Shown: positions 39,101 to 51,300 of the stretch, in pieces
Layout of the letters: each line of letters starts with the position of its first letter
Numbering within the stretch: position 1 is the first letter of the stretch
Origin: the human T2T-CHM13v2.0 reference genome, Homo sapiens
DNA: 64,000 nt
NCBI RefSeq assembly: GCF_009914755.1
Contig: NC_060925.1
Strand: one strand, 5' to 3'
Position numbers and translations under genes: made by a program
Notes under the pieces: generated by a model
Databases searched by the model: none
The model's input: the letters and a program-made list of their open reading frames with translations, nothing else
Told to the model about the DNA's origin: nothing

Positions 39101-42100
39101 AAGCGGTCCAAATCTCCCCTTTCAGATTCTACCAAAAGTGTGTTTCCAAACGGCTCTATCAAAGGGAATGTTCAACTCTGTGACTTGAATGCAATCATCA
39201 CAAAGCAGTTTCTGAGAATGCTTCCATGTAGCTTTTAGGAGAAGATATTTCCTTTTCCACCCCAGGCCTCGAAGCCCTCCAAATGTCCCCTTGCAGATGC
39301 TAGAAAGAGAGGGTTTCAAAGCTGCTCTATCAAAAGGAAAGTACAACTCTGTGAGTTGAATGCAAACATCACAAAGAAGCTCCTGAGCATGCTTCCGTTT
39401 AGCTTTCATGGGAAGATTATCCCTTTTCCATCGAAATGTTCAAAGAGGTCCACATATCCGCTTGCAGATTCCACCGAAAGAGTGTTTCCAAACTGCTGTA
39501 TCAAAAGGAATCTTCAACTCCGTGAGTTGAATGCAATCATCACAAAGAAGTTTCTGACAATGCTTCTCTCTAGTTTTTATGTGAAGATATTTCCTTTTCC
39601 ACCACAGGCCTGAAAGCGCTCCAAATGTCCACTTGGAGACTCTACGAAAAGAATGTTTCAAAACTGCTCTATGAAAAGCAATGTTATACTCTGGGAGTTG
39701 AACACAAGCCTCACAAAGGAGTTTCTGAGAATGCTTCTGTTTACTTTTTACGTGAAGATATTCCCGTTTCCAAAGAAATCTTCACAGACTTCCACCTATC
39801 CATTTGCAGATGCTAGAAAAAGAGAGTTTCAAAACTGCTCTATCAAAAGGAATGTTCAACTCTGTGAGTTGAATGCAGTCATCACAGAGAAGTTTCTGAG
39901 AAGGCTTCTGTCTAGATTTTATGTGAAGATATACCCGTTTCGAACGAAGGCCACAAAGTGCTCCAAATATCCACTTGCAGGTCCTCCAACAAGAGTGTTT
40001 CAAACGTGAACTATCAAAGGAAGGTTCAACTCTGGACTTTGAATGCAAACGTCAGAAAGATGTTTCTGCGAAAGCTTCTGTTTAGTTAGGTGACGTTATC
40101 CCGTTTCCAACGAAATCCTCAGAGAGGTCCAAATATCCACCTGCAGATTCTGCAAAAAGTGTGTTTCCAAACTGCTCCACCCAAAGGCATGTTCAGCTCT
40201 GTGAGTTAAACTCAATCATCACAAAGTATTTTCTGAGAATGCTTCTGTCCAGTTTTTACATGAAGCTGTTTCCTTTACTACCGTAGGCCTCAAAGCGTTC
40301 CAAATCTCCACTTGCAGATACTACGAAAAGGGCGTTTCAACCTGAACTCACAAGGGAAGGTTCAACTCTGTCAGTTGAATGCCAACATCACAAAGAAGTT
40401 CTGGGAATGTTTCTCTTCAGTTATGTGAGTTTTATCCCGTTTCCAACGAAATTCTCAGAGAAGTACAAATATCCACTTGCATATTCTACAAAAAGTGTGT
40501 TTTGAAAGTGCTCCATCAAAAGATATGCTCAGCTCTGTGAGTTAAACTCAATCATCACAAAGAATTTTCTGAGAATGCTTCTGTCTTGTTTTAGGATGAA
40601 GTTATTTCCTTTACGACGATAGGCCTCAAAGAGGTCCAAATCTCCACTTGCAGATTCTGCAGAAGGAGTGTTTCAAACCTGAACTATCAGAGAAAGGTTC
40701 AACACTGTGAGTTGAATGCAAGCATCACGAAGAAGGTTCTGAGAATGCTTCTGTTTAGATAGGTGAGTTTTCTCCCGTATCCAACGAAATCCTCAGAGAG
40801 GTCCAAATATCCACTTGCAGATTCTACAGAAAGTGTGTTTTGAAACTGCTCCATCCAAAGGAATGTTCAGCTCTGTGAGTTGAACTCAATCGTCACAAAG
40901 TGTTTCCTGGGAATGCTACTGTCTAGTTTTTATGGGCAGTTATATCCTCTGCTGCCATAGGCCTCAAAGCGGTCCAAATCTCCCCTTTCAGATTCTACCA
41001 AAAGTGTGTTTCCAAACGGCTCTATCAAAGGGAATGTTCAACTCTGTGACTTGAATGCAATCATCACAAAGCAGTTTCTGAGAATGCTTCCATGTAGCTT
41101 TAATGAGCAGATATTTCCTTTTCCACCCCAGGCCTCGAAGCCCTCCAAATGTCCCCTTGCAGATGCTAGAAAGAGAGGGTTTCAAAGCTGCTCTATCAAA
41201 AGGAAAGTACAACTCTGTGAGTTGAATGCAAACATCACAAAGAAGTTCCTGAGCATGCTTCCGTTTAGCTTTCATGGGAAGATTATCCCTTTTCCATCGA
41301 AATGTTCAAAGAGGTCCACATATCCGCTTGCAGATTCCACCGAAAGAGTGTTTCCAAACTGCTGTATCAAAAGGAATCTTCAACTCCGTGAGTTGAATGC
41401 AATCATCACAAAGAAGTTTCTGACAATGCTTCTCTCTAGTTTTTATGTGAAGATATTTCCTTTTCCACCACAGGCCTGAAAGCGCTCCAAATGTCCACTT
41501 GGAGACTCTACGAAAAGAATGTTTCAAAACTGCTCTATGAAAAGCAATGTTATACTCTGGGAGTTGAACACAAGCCTCACAAAGGACTTTCTGAGAATGC
41601 TTCTGTTTACTTTTTACGTGAAGATATTCCCGTTTCCAAAGAAATCTTCACAGACTTCCACCTATCCATTTGCAGATGCTAGAAAAAGAGAGTTTCAAAA
41701 CTGCTCTATCAAAAGGAATGTTCAACTCTGTGAGTTGAATGCAGTCATCACAGAGAAGTTTCTGAGAAGGCTTCTGTCTAGATTTTATGTGAAGATATAC
41801 CCGTTTCGAACGAAGGCCACAAAGTGCTCCAAATATCCACTTGCAGGTCCTCCAACAAGAGTGTTTCAAACGTGAACTATCAAAGGAAGGTTCAACTCTG
41901 GACTTTGAATGCAAACGTCAGAAAGATGTTTCTGCGAAAGCTTCTGTTTAGTTAGGTGACGTTTTCCCGTTTCCAAGGAAATCCTCAGAGAGGTCCAAAT
42001 ATCCACCTGCAGATTCTGCAAAAAGTGTGTTTCCAAACTGCTCCACCCAAAGGCATGTTCAGCTCTGTGAGTTAAACTCAATCATCACAAAGTATTTTCT

Positions 42101-45100
42101 GAGAATGCTTCTGTCCAGTTTTTACATGAAGCTGTTTCCTTTACTACCGTAGGCCTCAAAGCGTTCCAAATCTCCACTTGCAGATACTACGAAAAGGGCG
42201 TTTCAACCTGAACTCACAAGGGAAGGTTCAACTCTGTCAGTTGAATGCCAACATCACAAAGAAGTTCTGGGAATGTTTCTCTTCAGTTATGTGAGTTTTA
42301 TCCCGTTTCCAACGAAATTCTCAGAGAAGTACAAATATCCACTTGCATATTCTACAAAAAGTGTGTTTTGAAAGTGCTCCATCAAAAGATATGCTCAGCT
42401 CTGTGAGTTAAACTCAATCATCACAAAGAATTTTCTGAGAATGCTTCTGTCTTGTTTTAGGATGAAGTTATTTCCTTTACGACGATAGGCCTCAAAGAGG
42501 TCCAAATCTCCACTTGCAGATTCTGCAGAAGGAGTGTTTCAAACCTGAACTATCAGAGAAAGGTTCAACACTGTGAGTTGAATGCAAGCATCACGAAGAA
42601 GGTTCTGAGAATGCTTCTGTTTAGATAGGTGAGTTTTCTCCCGTATCCAACGAAATCCTCAGAGAGGTCCAAATATCCACTTGCAGATTCTACAGAAAGT
42701 GTGTTTTGAAACTGCTCCATCCAAAGGAATGTTCAGCTCTGTGAGTTGAACTCAATCGTCACAAAGTGTTTCCTGGGAATGCTACTGTCTAGTTTTTATG
42801 GGCAGTTATATCCTCTGCTGCCATAGGCCTCAAAGCGGTCCAAATCTCCCCTTTCAGATTCTACCAAAAGTGTTTTTCCAAACGGCTCTATCAAAGGGAA
42901 TGTTCAACTCTGTGACTTGAATGCAATCATCACAAAGCAGTTTCTGAGAATGCTTGCATGTAGCTTTAATGAGCAGATATTTCCTTTTCCACCCCAGGCC
43001 TCGAAGCCCTCCAAATGTCCCCTTGCAGATGCTAGAAAGAGAGGGTTTCAAAGCTGCTCTATCAAAAGGAAAGTACAACTCTGTGAGTTGAATGCAAACA
43101 TCACAAAGAAGCTCCTGAGCATGCTTCCGTTTAGCTTTCATGGGAAGATTATCCCTTTTCCATCGAAATGTTCAAAGAGGTCCACATATCCGCTTGCAGA
43201 TTCCACCGAAAGAGTGTTTCCAAACTGCTGTATCAAAAGGAATCTTCAACTCCGTGAGTTGAATGCAATCATCACAAAGAAGTTTCTGACAATGCTTCTC
43301 TCTAGTTTTTATGTGAAGATATTTCCTTTTCCACCACAGGCCTGAAAGCGCTCCAAATGTCCACTTGGAGACTCTACGAAAAGAATGTTTCAAAACTGCT
43401 CTATGAAAAGCAATGTTATACTCTGGGAGTTGAACACAAGCCTCACAAAGGAGTTTCTGAGAATGCTTCTGTTTACTTTTTACGTGAAGATATTCCCGTT
43501 TCCAAAGAAATCTTCACAGACTTCCACCTATCCATTTGCAGATGCTAGAAAAAGAGAGTTTCAAAACTGCTCTATCAAAAGGAATGTTCAACTCTGTGAG
43601 TTGAATGCAGTCATCACAGAGAAGTTTCTGAGAAGGCTTCTGTCTAGATTTTATGTGAAGATATACCCGTTTCGAACGAAGGCCACAAAGTGCTCCAAAT
43701 ATCCACTTGCAGGTCCTCCAACAAGAGTGTTTCAAACGTGAACTATCAAAGGAAGGTTCAACTCTGGACTTTGAATGCAAACGTCAGAAAGATGTTTCTG
43801 CGAAAGCTTCTGTTTAGTTAGGTGACGTTATCCCGTTTCCAACGAAATCCTCAGAGAGGTCCAAATATCCACCTGCAGATTCTGCAAAAAGTGTGTTTCC
43901 AAACTGCTCCACCCAAAGGCATGTTCAGCTCTGTGAGTTAAACTCAATCATCACAAAGTATTTTCTGAGAATGCTTCTGTCCAGTTTTTACATGAAGCTG
44001 TTTCCTTTACTACCGTAGGCCTCAAAGCGTTCCAAATCTCCACTTGCAGATACTACGAAAAGGGCGTTTCAACCTGAACTCACAAGGGAAGGTTCAACTC
44101 TGTCAGTTGAATGCCAACATCACAAAGAAGTTCTGGGAATGTTTCTCTTCAGTTATGTGAGTTTTATCCCGTTTCCAACGAAATTCTCAGAGAAGTACAA
44201 ATATCCACTTGCATATTCTACAAAAAGTGTGTTTTGAAAGTGCTCCATCAAAAGATATGCTCAGCTCTGTGAGTTAAACTCAATCATCACAAAGAATTTT
44301 CTGAGAATGCTTCTGTCTTGTTTTAGGATGAAGTTATTTCCTTTACGACGATAGGCCTCAAAGAGGTCCAAATCTCCACTTGCAGATTCTGCAGAAGGAG
44401 TGTTTCAAACCTGAACTATCAGACAAAGGTTCAACACTGTGAGTTGAATGCAAGCATCACGAAGAAGGTTCTGAGAATGCTTCTGTTTAGATAGGTGAGT
44501 TTTCTCCCGTATCCAACGAAATCCTCAGAGAGGTCCAAATATCCACTTGCAGATTCTACAGAAAGTGTGTTTTGAAACTGCTCCATCCAAAGGAATGTTC
44601 AGCTCTGTGAGTTGAACTCAATCGTCACAAAGTGTTTCCTGGGAATGCTACTGTCTAGTTTTTATGGGCAGTTATATCCTCTGCTGCCATAGGCCTCAAA
44701 GCGGTCCAAATCTCCCCTTTCAGATTCTACCAAAAGTGTGTTTCCAAACGGCTCTATCAAAGGGAATGTTCAACTCTGTGACTTGAATGCAATCATCACA
44801 AAGCAGTTTCTGAGAATGCTTCCATGTAGCTTTAATGAGCAGATATTTCCTTTTCCACCCCAGGCCTCGAAGCCCTCCAAATGTCCCCTTGCAGATGCTA
44901 GAAAGAGAGGGTTTCAAAGCTGCTCTATCAAAAGGAAAGTACAACTCTGTGAGTTGAATGCAAACATCACAAAGAAGCTCCTGAGCATGCTTCCGTTTAG
45001 CTTTCATGGGAAGATTATCCCTTTTCCATCGAAATGTTCAAAGAGGTCCACATATCCGCTTGCAGATTCCACCGAAAGAGTGTTTCCAAACTGCTGTATC

Positions 45101-45319
45101 AAAAGGAATCTTCAACTCCGTGAGTTGAATGCAATCATCACAAAGAAGTTTCTGACAATGCTTCTCTCTAGTTTTTATGTGAAGATATTTCCTTTTCCAC
45201 CACAGGCCTGAAAGCGCTCCAAATGTCCACTTGGAGACTCTACGAAAAGAATGTTTCAAAACTGCTCTATGAAAAGCAATGTTATACTCTGGGAGTTGAA
45301 CACAAGCCTCACAAAGGAC

Positions 45320-48300
45320 TTTCTGAGAATGCTTCTGTTTACTTTTTACGTGAAGATATTCCCGTTTCCAAAGAAATCTTCACAGACTTCCACCTATCCA
45401 TTTGCAGATGCTAGAAAAAGAGAGTTTCAAAACTGCTCTATCAAAAGGAATGTTCAACTCTGTGAGTTGAATGCAGTCATCACAGAGAAGTTTCTGAGAA
45501 GGCTTCTGTCTAGATTTTATGTGAAGATATACCCGTTTCGAACGAAGGCCACAAAGTGCTCCAAATATCCACTTGCAGGTCCTCCAACAAGAGTGTTTCA
45601 AACGTGAACTATCAAAGGAAGGTTCAACTCTGGACTTTGAATGCAAACGTCAGAAAGATGTTTCTGCGAAAGCTTCTGTTTAGTTAGGTGACGTTATCCC
45701 GTTTCCAACGAAATCCTCAGAGAGGTCCAAATATCCACCTGCAGATTCTGCAAAAAGTGTGTTTCCAAACTGCTCCACCCAAAGGCATGTTCAGCTCTGT
45801 GAGTTAAACTCAATCATCACAAAGTATTTTCTGAGAATGCTTCTGTCCAGTTTTTACATGAAGCTGTTTCCTTTACTACCGTAGGCCTCAAAGCGTTCCA
45901 AATCTCCACTTGCAGATACTACGAAAAGGGCGTTTCAACCTGAACTCACAAGGGAAGGTTCAACTCTGTCAGTTGAATGCCAACATCACAAAGAAGTTCT
46001 GGGAATGTTTCTCTTCAGTTATGTGAGTTTTATCCCGTTTCCAACGAAATTCTCAGAGAAGTACAAATATCCACTTGCATATTCTACAAAAAGTGTGTTT
46101 TGAAAGTGCTCCATCAAAAGATATGCTCAGCTCTGTGAGTTAAACTCAATCATCACAAAGAATTTTCTGAGAATGCTTCTGTCTTGTTTTAGGATGAAGT
46201 TATTTCCTTTACGACGATAGGCCTCAAAGAGGTCCAAATCTCCACTTGCAGATTCTGCAGAAGGAGTGTTTCAAACCTGAACTATCAGACAAAGGTTCAA
46301 CACTGTGAGTTGAATGCAAGCATCACGAAGAAGGTTCTGAGAATGCTTCTGTTTAGATAGGTGAGTTTTCTCCCGTATCCAACGAAATCCTCAGAGAGGT
46401 CCAAATATCCACTTGCAGATTCTACAGAAAGTGTGTTTTGAAACTGCTCCATCCAAAGGAATGTTCAGCTCTGTGAGTTGAACTCAATCGTCACAAAGTG
46501 TTTCCTGGGAATGCTACTGTCTAGTTTTTATGGGCAGTTATATCCTCTGCTGCCATAGGCCTCAAAGCGGTCCAAATCTCCCCTTTCAGATTCTACCAAA
46601 AGTGTGTTTCCAAACGGCTCTATCAAAGGGAATGTTCAACTCTGTGACTTGAATGCAATCATCACAAAGCAGTTTCTGAGAATGCTTCCATGTAGCTTTA
46701 ATGAGCAGATATTTCCTTTTCCACCCCAGGCCTCGAAGCCCTCCAAATGTCCCCTTGCAGATGCTAGAAAGAGAGGGTTTCAAAGCTGCTCTATCAAAAG
46801 GAAAGTACAACTCTGTGAGTTGAATGCAAACATCACAAAGAAGTTCCTGAGCATGCTTCCGTTTAGCTTTCATGGGAAGATTATCCCTTTTCCATCGAAA
46901 TGTTCAAAGAGGTCCACATATCCGCTTGCAGATTCCACCGAAAGAGTGTTTCCAAACTGCTGTATCAAAAGGAATCTTCAACTCCGTGAGTTGAATGCAA
47001 TCATCACAAAGAAGTTTCTGACAATGCTTCTCTCTAGTTTTTATGTGAAGATATTTCCTTTTCCACCACAGGCCTGAAAGCGCTCCAAATGTCCACTTGG
47101 AGACTCTACGAAAAGAATGTTTCAAAACTGCTCTATGAAAAGCAATGTTATACTCTGGGAGTTGAACACAAGCCTCACAAAGGACTTTCTGAGAATGCTT
47201 CTGTTTACTTTTTACGTGAAGATATTCCCGTTTCCAAAGAAATCTTCACAGAGTTCCACCTATCCATTTGCAGATGCTAGAAAAAGAGAGTTTCAAAACT
47301 GCTCTATCAAAAGGAATGTTCAACTCTGTGAGTTGAATGCAGTCATCACAGAGAAGTTTCTGAGAAGGCTTCTGTCTAGATTTTATGTGAAGATATACCC
47401 GTTTCGAACGAAGGCCACAAAGTGCTCCAAATATCCACTTGCAGGTCCTCCAACAAGAGTGTTTCAAACGTGAACTATCAAAGGAAGGTTCAACTCTGGA
47501 CTTTGAATGCAAACGTCAGAAAGATGTTTCTGCGAAAGCTTCTGTTTAGTTAGGTGACGTTATCCCGTTTCCAACGAAATCCTCAGAGAGGTCCAAATAT
47601 CCACCTGCAGATTCTGCAAAAAGTGTGTTTCCAAACTGCTCCACCCAAAGGCATGTTCAGCTCTGTGAGTTAAACTCAATCATCACAAAGTATTTTCTGA
47701 GAATGCTTCTGTCCAGTTTTTACATGAAGCTGTTTCCTTTACTACCGTAGGCCTCAAAGCGTTCCAAATCTCCACTTGCAGATACTACGAAAAGGGCGTT
47801 TCAACCTGAACTCACAAGGGAAGGTTCAACTCTGTCAGTTGAATGCCAACATCACAAAGAAGTTCTGGGAATGTTTCTCTTCAGTTATGTGAGTTTTATC
47901 CCGTTTCCAACGAAATTCTCAGAGAAGTACAAATATCCACTTGCATATTCTACAAAAAGTGTGTTTTGAAAGTGCTCCATCAAAAGATATGCTCAGCTCT
48001 GTGAGTTAAACTCAATCATCACAAAGAATTTTCTGAGAATGCTTCTGTCTTGTTTTAGGATGAAGTTATTTCCTTTACGACGATAGGCCTCAAAGAGGTC
48101 CAAATCTCCACTTGCAGATTCTGCAGAAGGAGTGTTTCAAACCTGAACTATCAGAGAAAGGTTCAACACTGTGAGTTGAATGCAAGCATCACGAAGAAGG
48201 TTCTGAGAATGCTTCTGTTTAGATAGGTGAGTTTTCTCCCGTATCCAACGAAATCCTCAGAGAGGTCCAAATATCCACTTGCAGATTCTACAGAAAGTGT

Positions 48301-51300
48301 GTTTTGAAACTGCTCCATCCAAAGGAATGTTCAGCTCTGTGAGTTGAACTCAATCGTCACAAAGTGTTTCCTGGGAATGCTACTGTCTAGTTTTTATGGG
48401 CAGTTACATCCTCTGCTGCCATAGGCCTCAAAGCGGTCCAAATCTCCCCTTTCAGATTCTACCAAAAGTGTGTTTCCAAACGGCTCTATCAAAGGGAATG
48501 TTCAACTCTGTGACTTGAATGCAATCATCACAAAGCAGTTTCTGAGAATGCTTCCATGTAGCTTTTAGGAGAAGATATTTCCTTTTCCACCCCAGGCCTC
48601 GAAGCCCTCCAAATGTCCCCTTGCAGATGCTAGAAAGAGAGGGTTTCAAAGCTGCTCTATCAAAAGGAAAGTACAACTCTGTGAGTTGAATGCAAACATC
48701 ACAAAGAAGTTCCTGAGCATGCTTCCGTTTAGCTTTCATGGGAAGATTATCCCTTTTCCATCGAAATGTTCAAAGAGGTCCACATATCCGCTTGCAGATT
48801 CCACCGAAAGAGTGTTTCCAAACTGCTGTATCAAAAGGAATCTTCAACTCCGTGAGTTGAATGCAATCATCACAAAGAAGTTTCTGACAATGCTTCTCTC
48901 TAGTTTTTATGTGAAGATATTTCCTTTTCCACCACAGGCCTGAAAGCGCTCCAAATGTCCACTTGGAGACTCTACGAAAAGAATGTTTCAAAACTGCTCT
49001 ATGAAAAGCAATGTTATACTCTGGGAGTTGAACACAAGCCTCACAAAGGACTTTCTGAGAATGCTTCTGTTTACTTTTTACGTGAAGATATTCCCGTTTC
49101 CAAAGAAATCTTCACAGACTTCCACCTATCCATTTGCAGATGCTAGAAAAAGACAGTTTCAAAACTGCTCTATCAAAAGGAATGTTCAACTCTGTGAGTT
49201 GAATGCAGTCATCACAGAGAAGTTTCTGAGAAGGCTTCTGTCTAGATTTTATGTGAAGATATACCCGTTTCGAACGAAGGCCACAAAGTGCTCCAAATAT
49301 CCACTTGCAGGTCCTCCAACAAGAGTGTTTCAAACGTGAACTATCAAAGGAAGGTTCAACTCTGGACTTTGAATGCAAACGTCAGAAAGATGTTTCTGCG
49401 AAAGCTTCTGTTTAGTTAGGTGACGTTATCCCGTTTCCAACGAAATCCTCAGAGAGGTCCAAATATCCACCTGCAGATTCTGCAAAAAGTGTGTTTCCAA
49501 ACTGCTCCACCCAAAGGCATGTTCAGCTCTGTGAGTTAAACTCAATCATCACAAAGTATTTTCTGAGAATGCTTCTGTCCAGTTTTTACATGAAGCTGTT
49601 TCCTTTACTACCGTAGGCCTCAAAGCGTTCCAAATCTCCACTTGCAGATACTACGAAAAGGGCGTTTCAACCTGAACTCACAAGGGAAGGTTCAACTCTG
49701 TCAGTTGAATGCCAACATCACAAAGAAGTTCTGGGAATGTTTCTCTTCAGTTATGTGAGTTTTATCCCGTTTCCAACGAAATTCTCAGAGAAGTACAAAT
49801 ATCCACTTGCATATTCTACAAAAAGTGTGTTTTGAAAGTGCTCCATCAAAAGATATGCTCAGCTCTGTGAGTTAAACTCAATCATCACAAAGAATTTTCT
49901 GAGAATGCTTCTGTCTTGTTTTAGGATGAAGTTATTTCCTTTACGACGATAGGCCTCAAAGAGGTCCAAATCTCCACTTGCAGATTCTGCAGAAGGAGTG
50001 TTTCAAACCTGAACTATCAGAGAAAGGTTCAACACTGTGAGTTGAATGCAAGCATCACGAAGAAGGTTCTGAGAATGCTTCTGTTTAGATAGGTGAGTTT
50101 TCTCCCGTATCCAACGAAATCCTCAGAGAGGTCCAAATATCCACTTGCAGATTCTACAGAAAGTGTGTTTTGAAACTGCTCCATCCAAAGGAATGTTCAG
50201 CTCTGTGAGTTGAACTCAATCGTCACAAAGTGTTTCCTGGGAATGCTACTGTCTAGTTTTTATGGGCAGTTATATCCTCTGCTGCCATAGGCCTCAAAGC
50301 GGTCCAAATCTCCCCTTTCAGATTCTACCAAAAGTGTGTTTCCAAACGGCTCTATCAAAGGGAATGTTCAACTCTGTGACTTGAATGCAATCATCACAAA
50401 GCAGTTTCTGAGAATGCTTCCATGTAGCTTTAATGAGCAGATATTTCCTTTTCCACCCCAGGCCTCGAAGCCCTCCAAATGTCCCCTTGCAGATGCTAGA
50501 AAGAGAGGGTTTCAAAGCTGCTCTATCAAAAGGAAAGTACAACTCTGTGAGTTGAATGCAAACATCACAAAGAAGTTCCTGAGCATGCTTCCGTTTAGCT
50601 TTCATGGGAAGATTATCCCTTTTCCATCGAAATGTTCAAAGAGGTCCACATATCCGCTTGCAGATTCCACCGAAAGAGTGTTTCCAAACTGCTGTATCAA
50701 AAGGAATCTTCAACTCCGTGAGTTGAATGCAATCATCACAAAGAAGTTTCTGACAATGCTTCTCTCTAGTTTTTATGTGAAGATATTTCCTTTTCCACCA
50801 CAGGCCTGAAAGCGCTCCAAATGTCCACTTGGAGACTCTACGAAAAGAATGTTTCAAAACTGCTCTATGAAAAGCAATGTTATACTCTGGGAGTTGAACA
50901 CAAGCCTCACAAAGGAGTTTCTGAGAATGCTTCTGTTTACTTTTTACGTGAAGATATTCCCGTTTCCAAAGAAATCTTCACAGACTTCCACCTATCCATT
51001 TGCAGATGCTAGAAAAAGAGAGTTTCAAAACTGCTCTATCAAAAGGAATGTTCAACTCTGTGAGTTGAATGCAGTCATCACAGAGAAGTTTCTGAGAAGG
51101 CTTCTGTCTAGATTTTATGTGAAGATATACCCGTTTCGAACGAAGGCCACAAAGTGCTCCAAATATCCACTTGCAGGTCCTCCAACAAGAGTGTTTCAAA
51201 CGTGAACTATCAAAGGAAGGTTCAACTCTGGACTTTGAATGCAAACGTCAGAAAGATGTTTCTGCGAAAGCTTCTGTTTAGTTAGGTGACGTTATCCCGT

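Noticed and set aside
41866-42081. Unique 71-aa minus-strand ORF present only once
   Set aside because: It is created by loss of a stop codon through the 41964 A>T substitution and is not an insertion or a gene.
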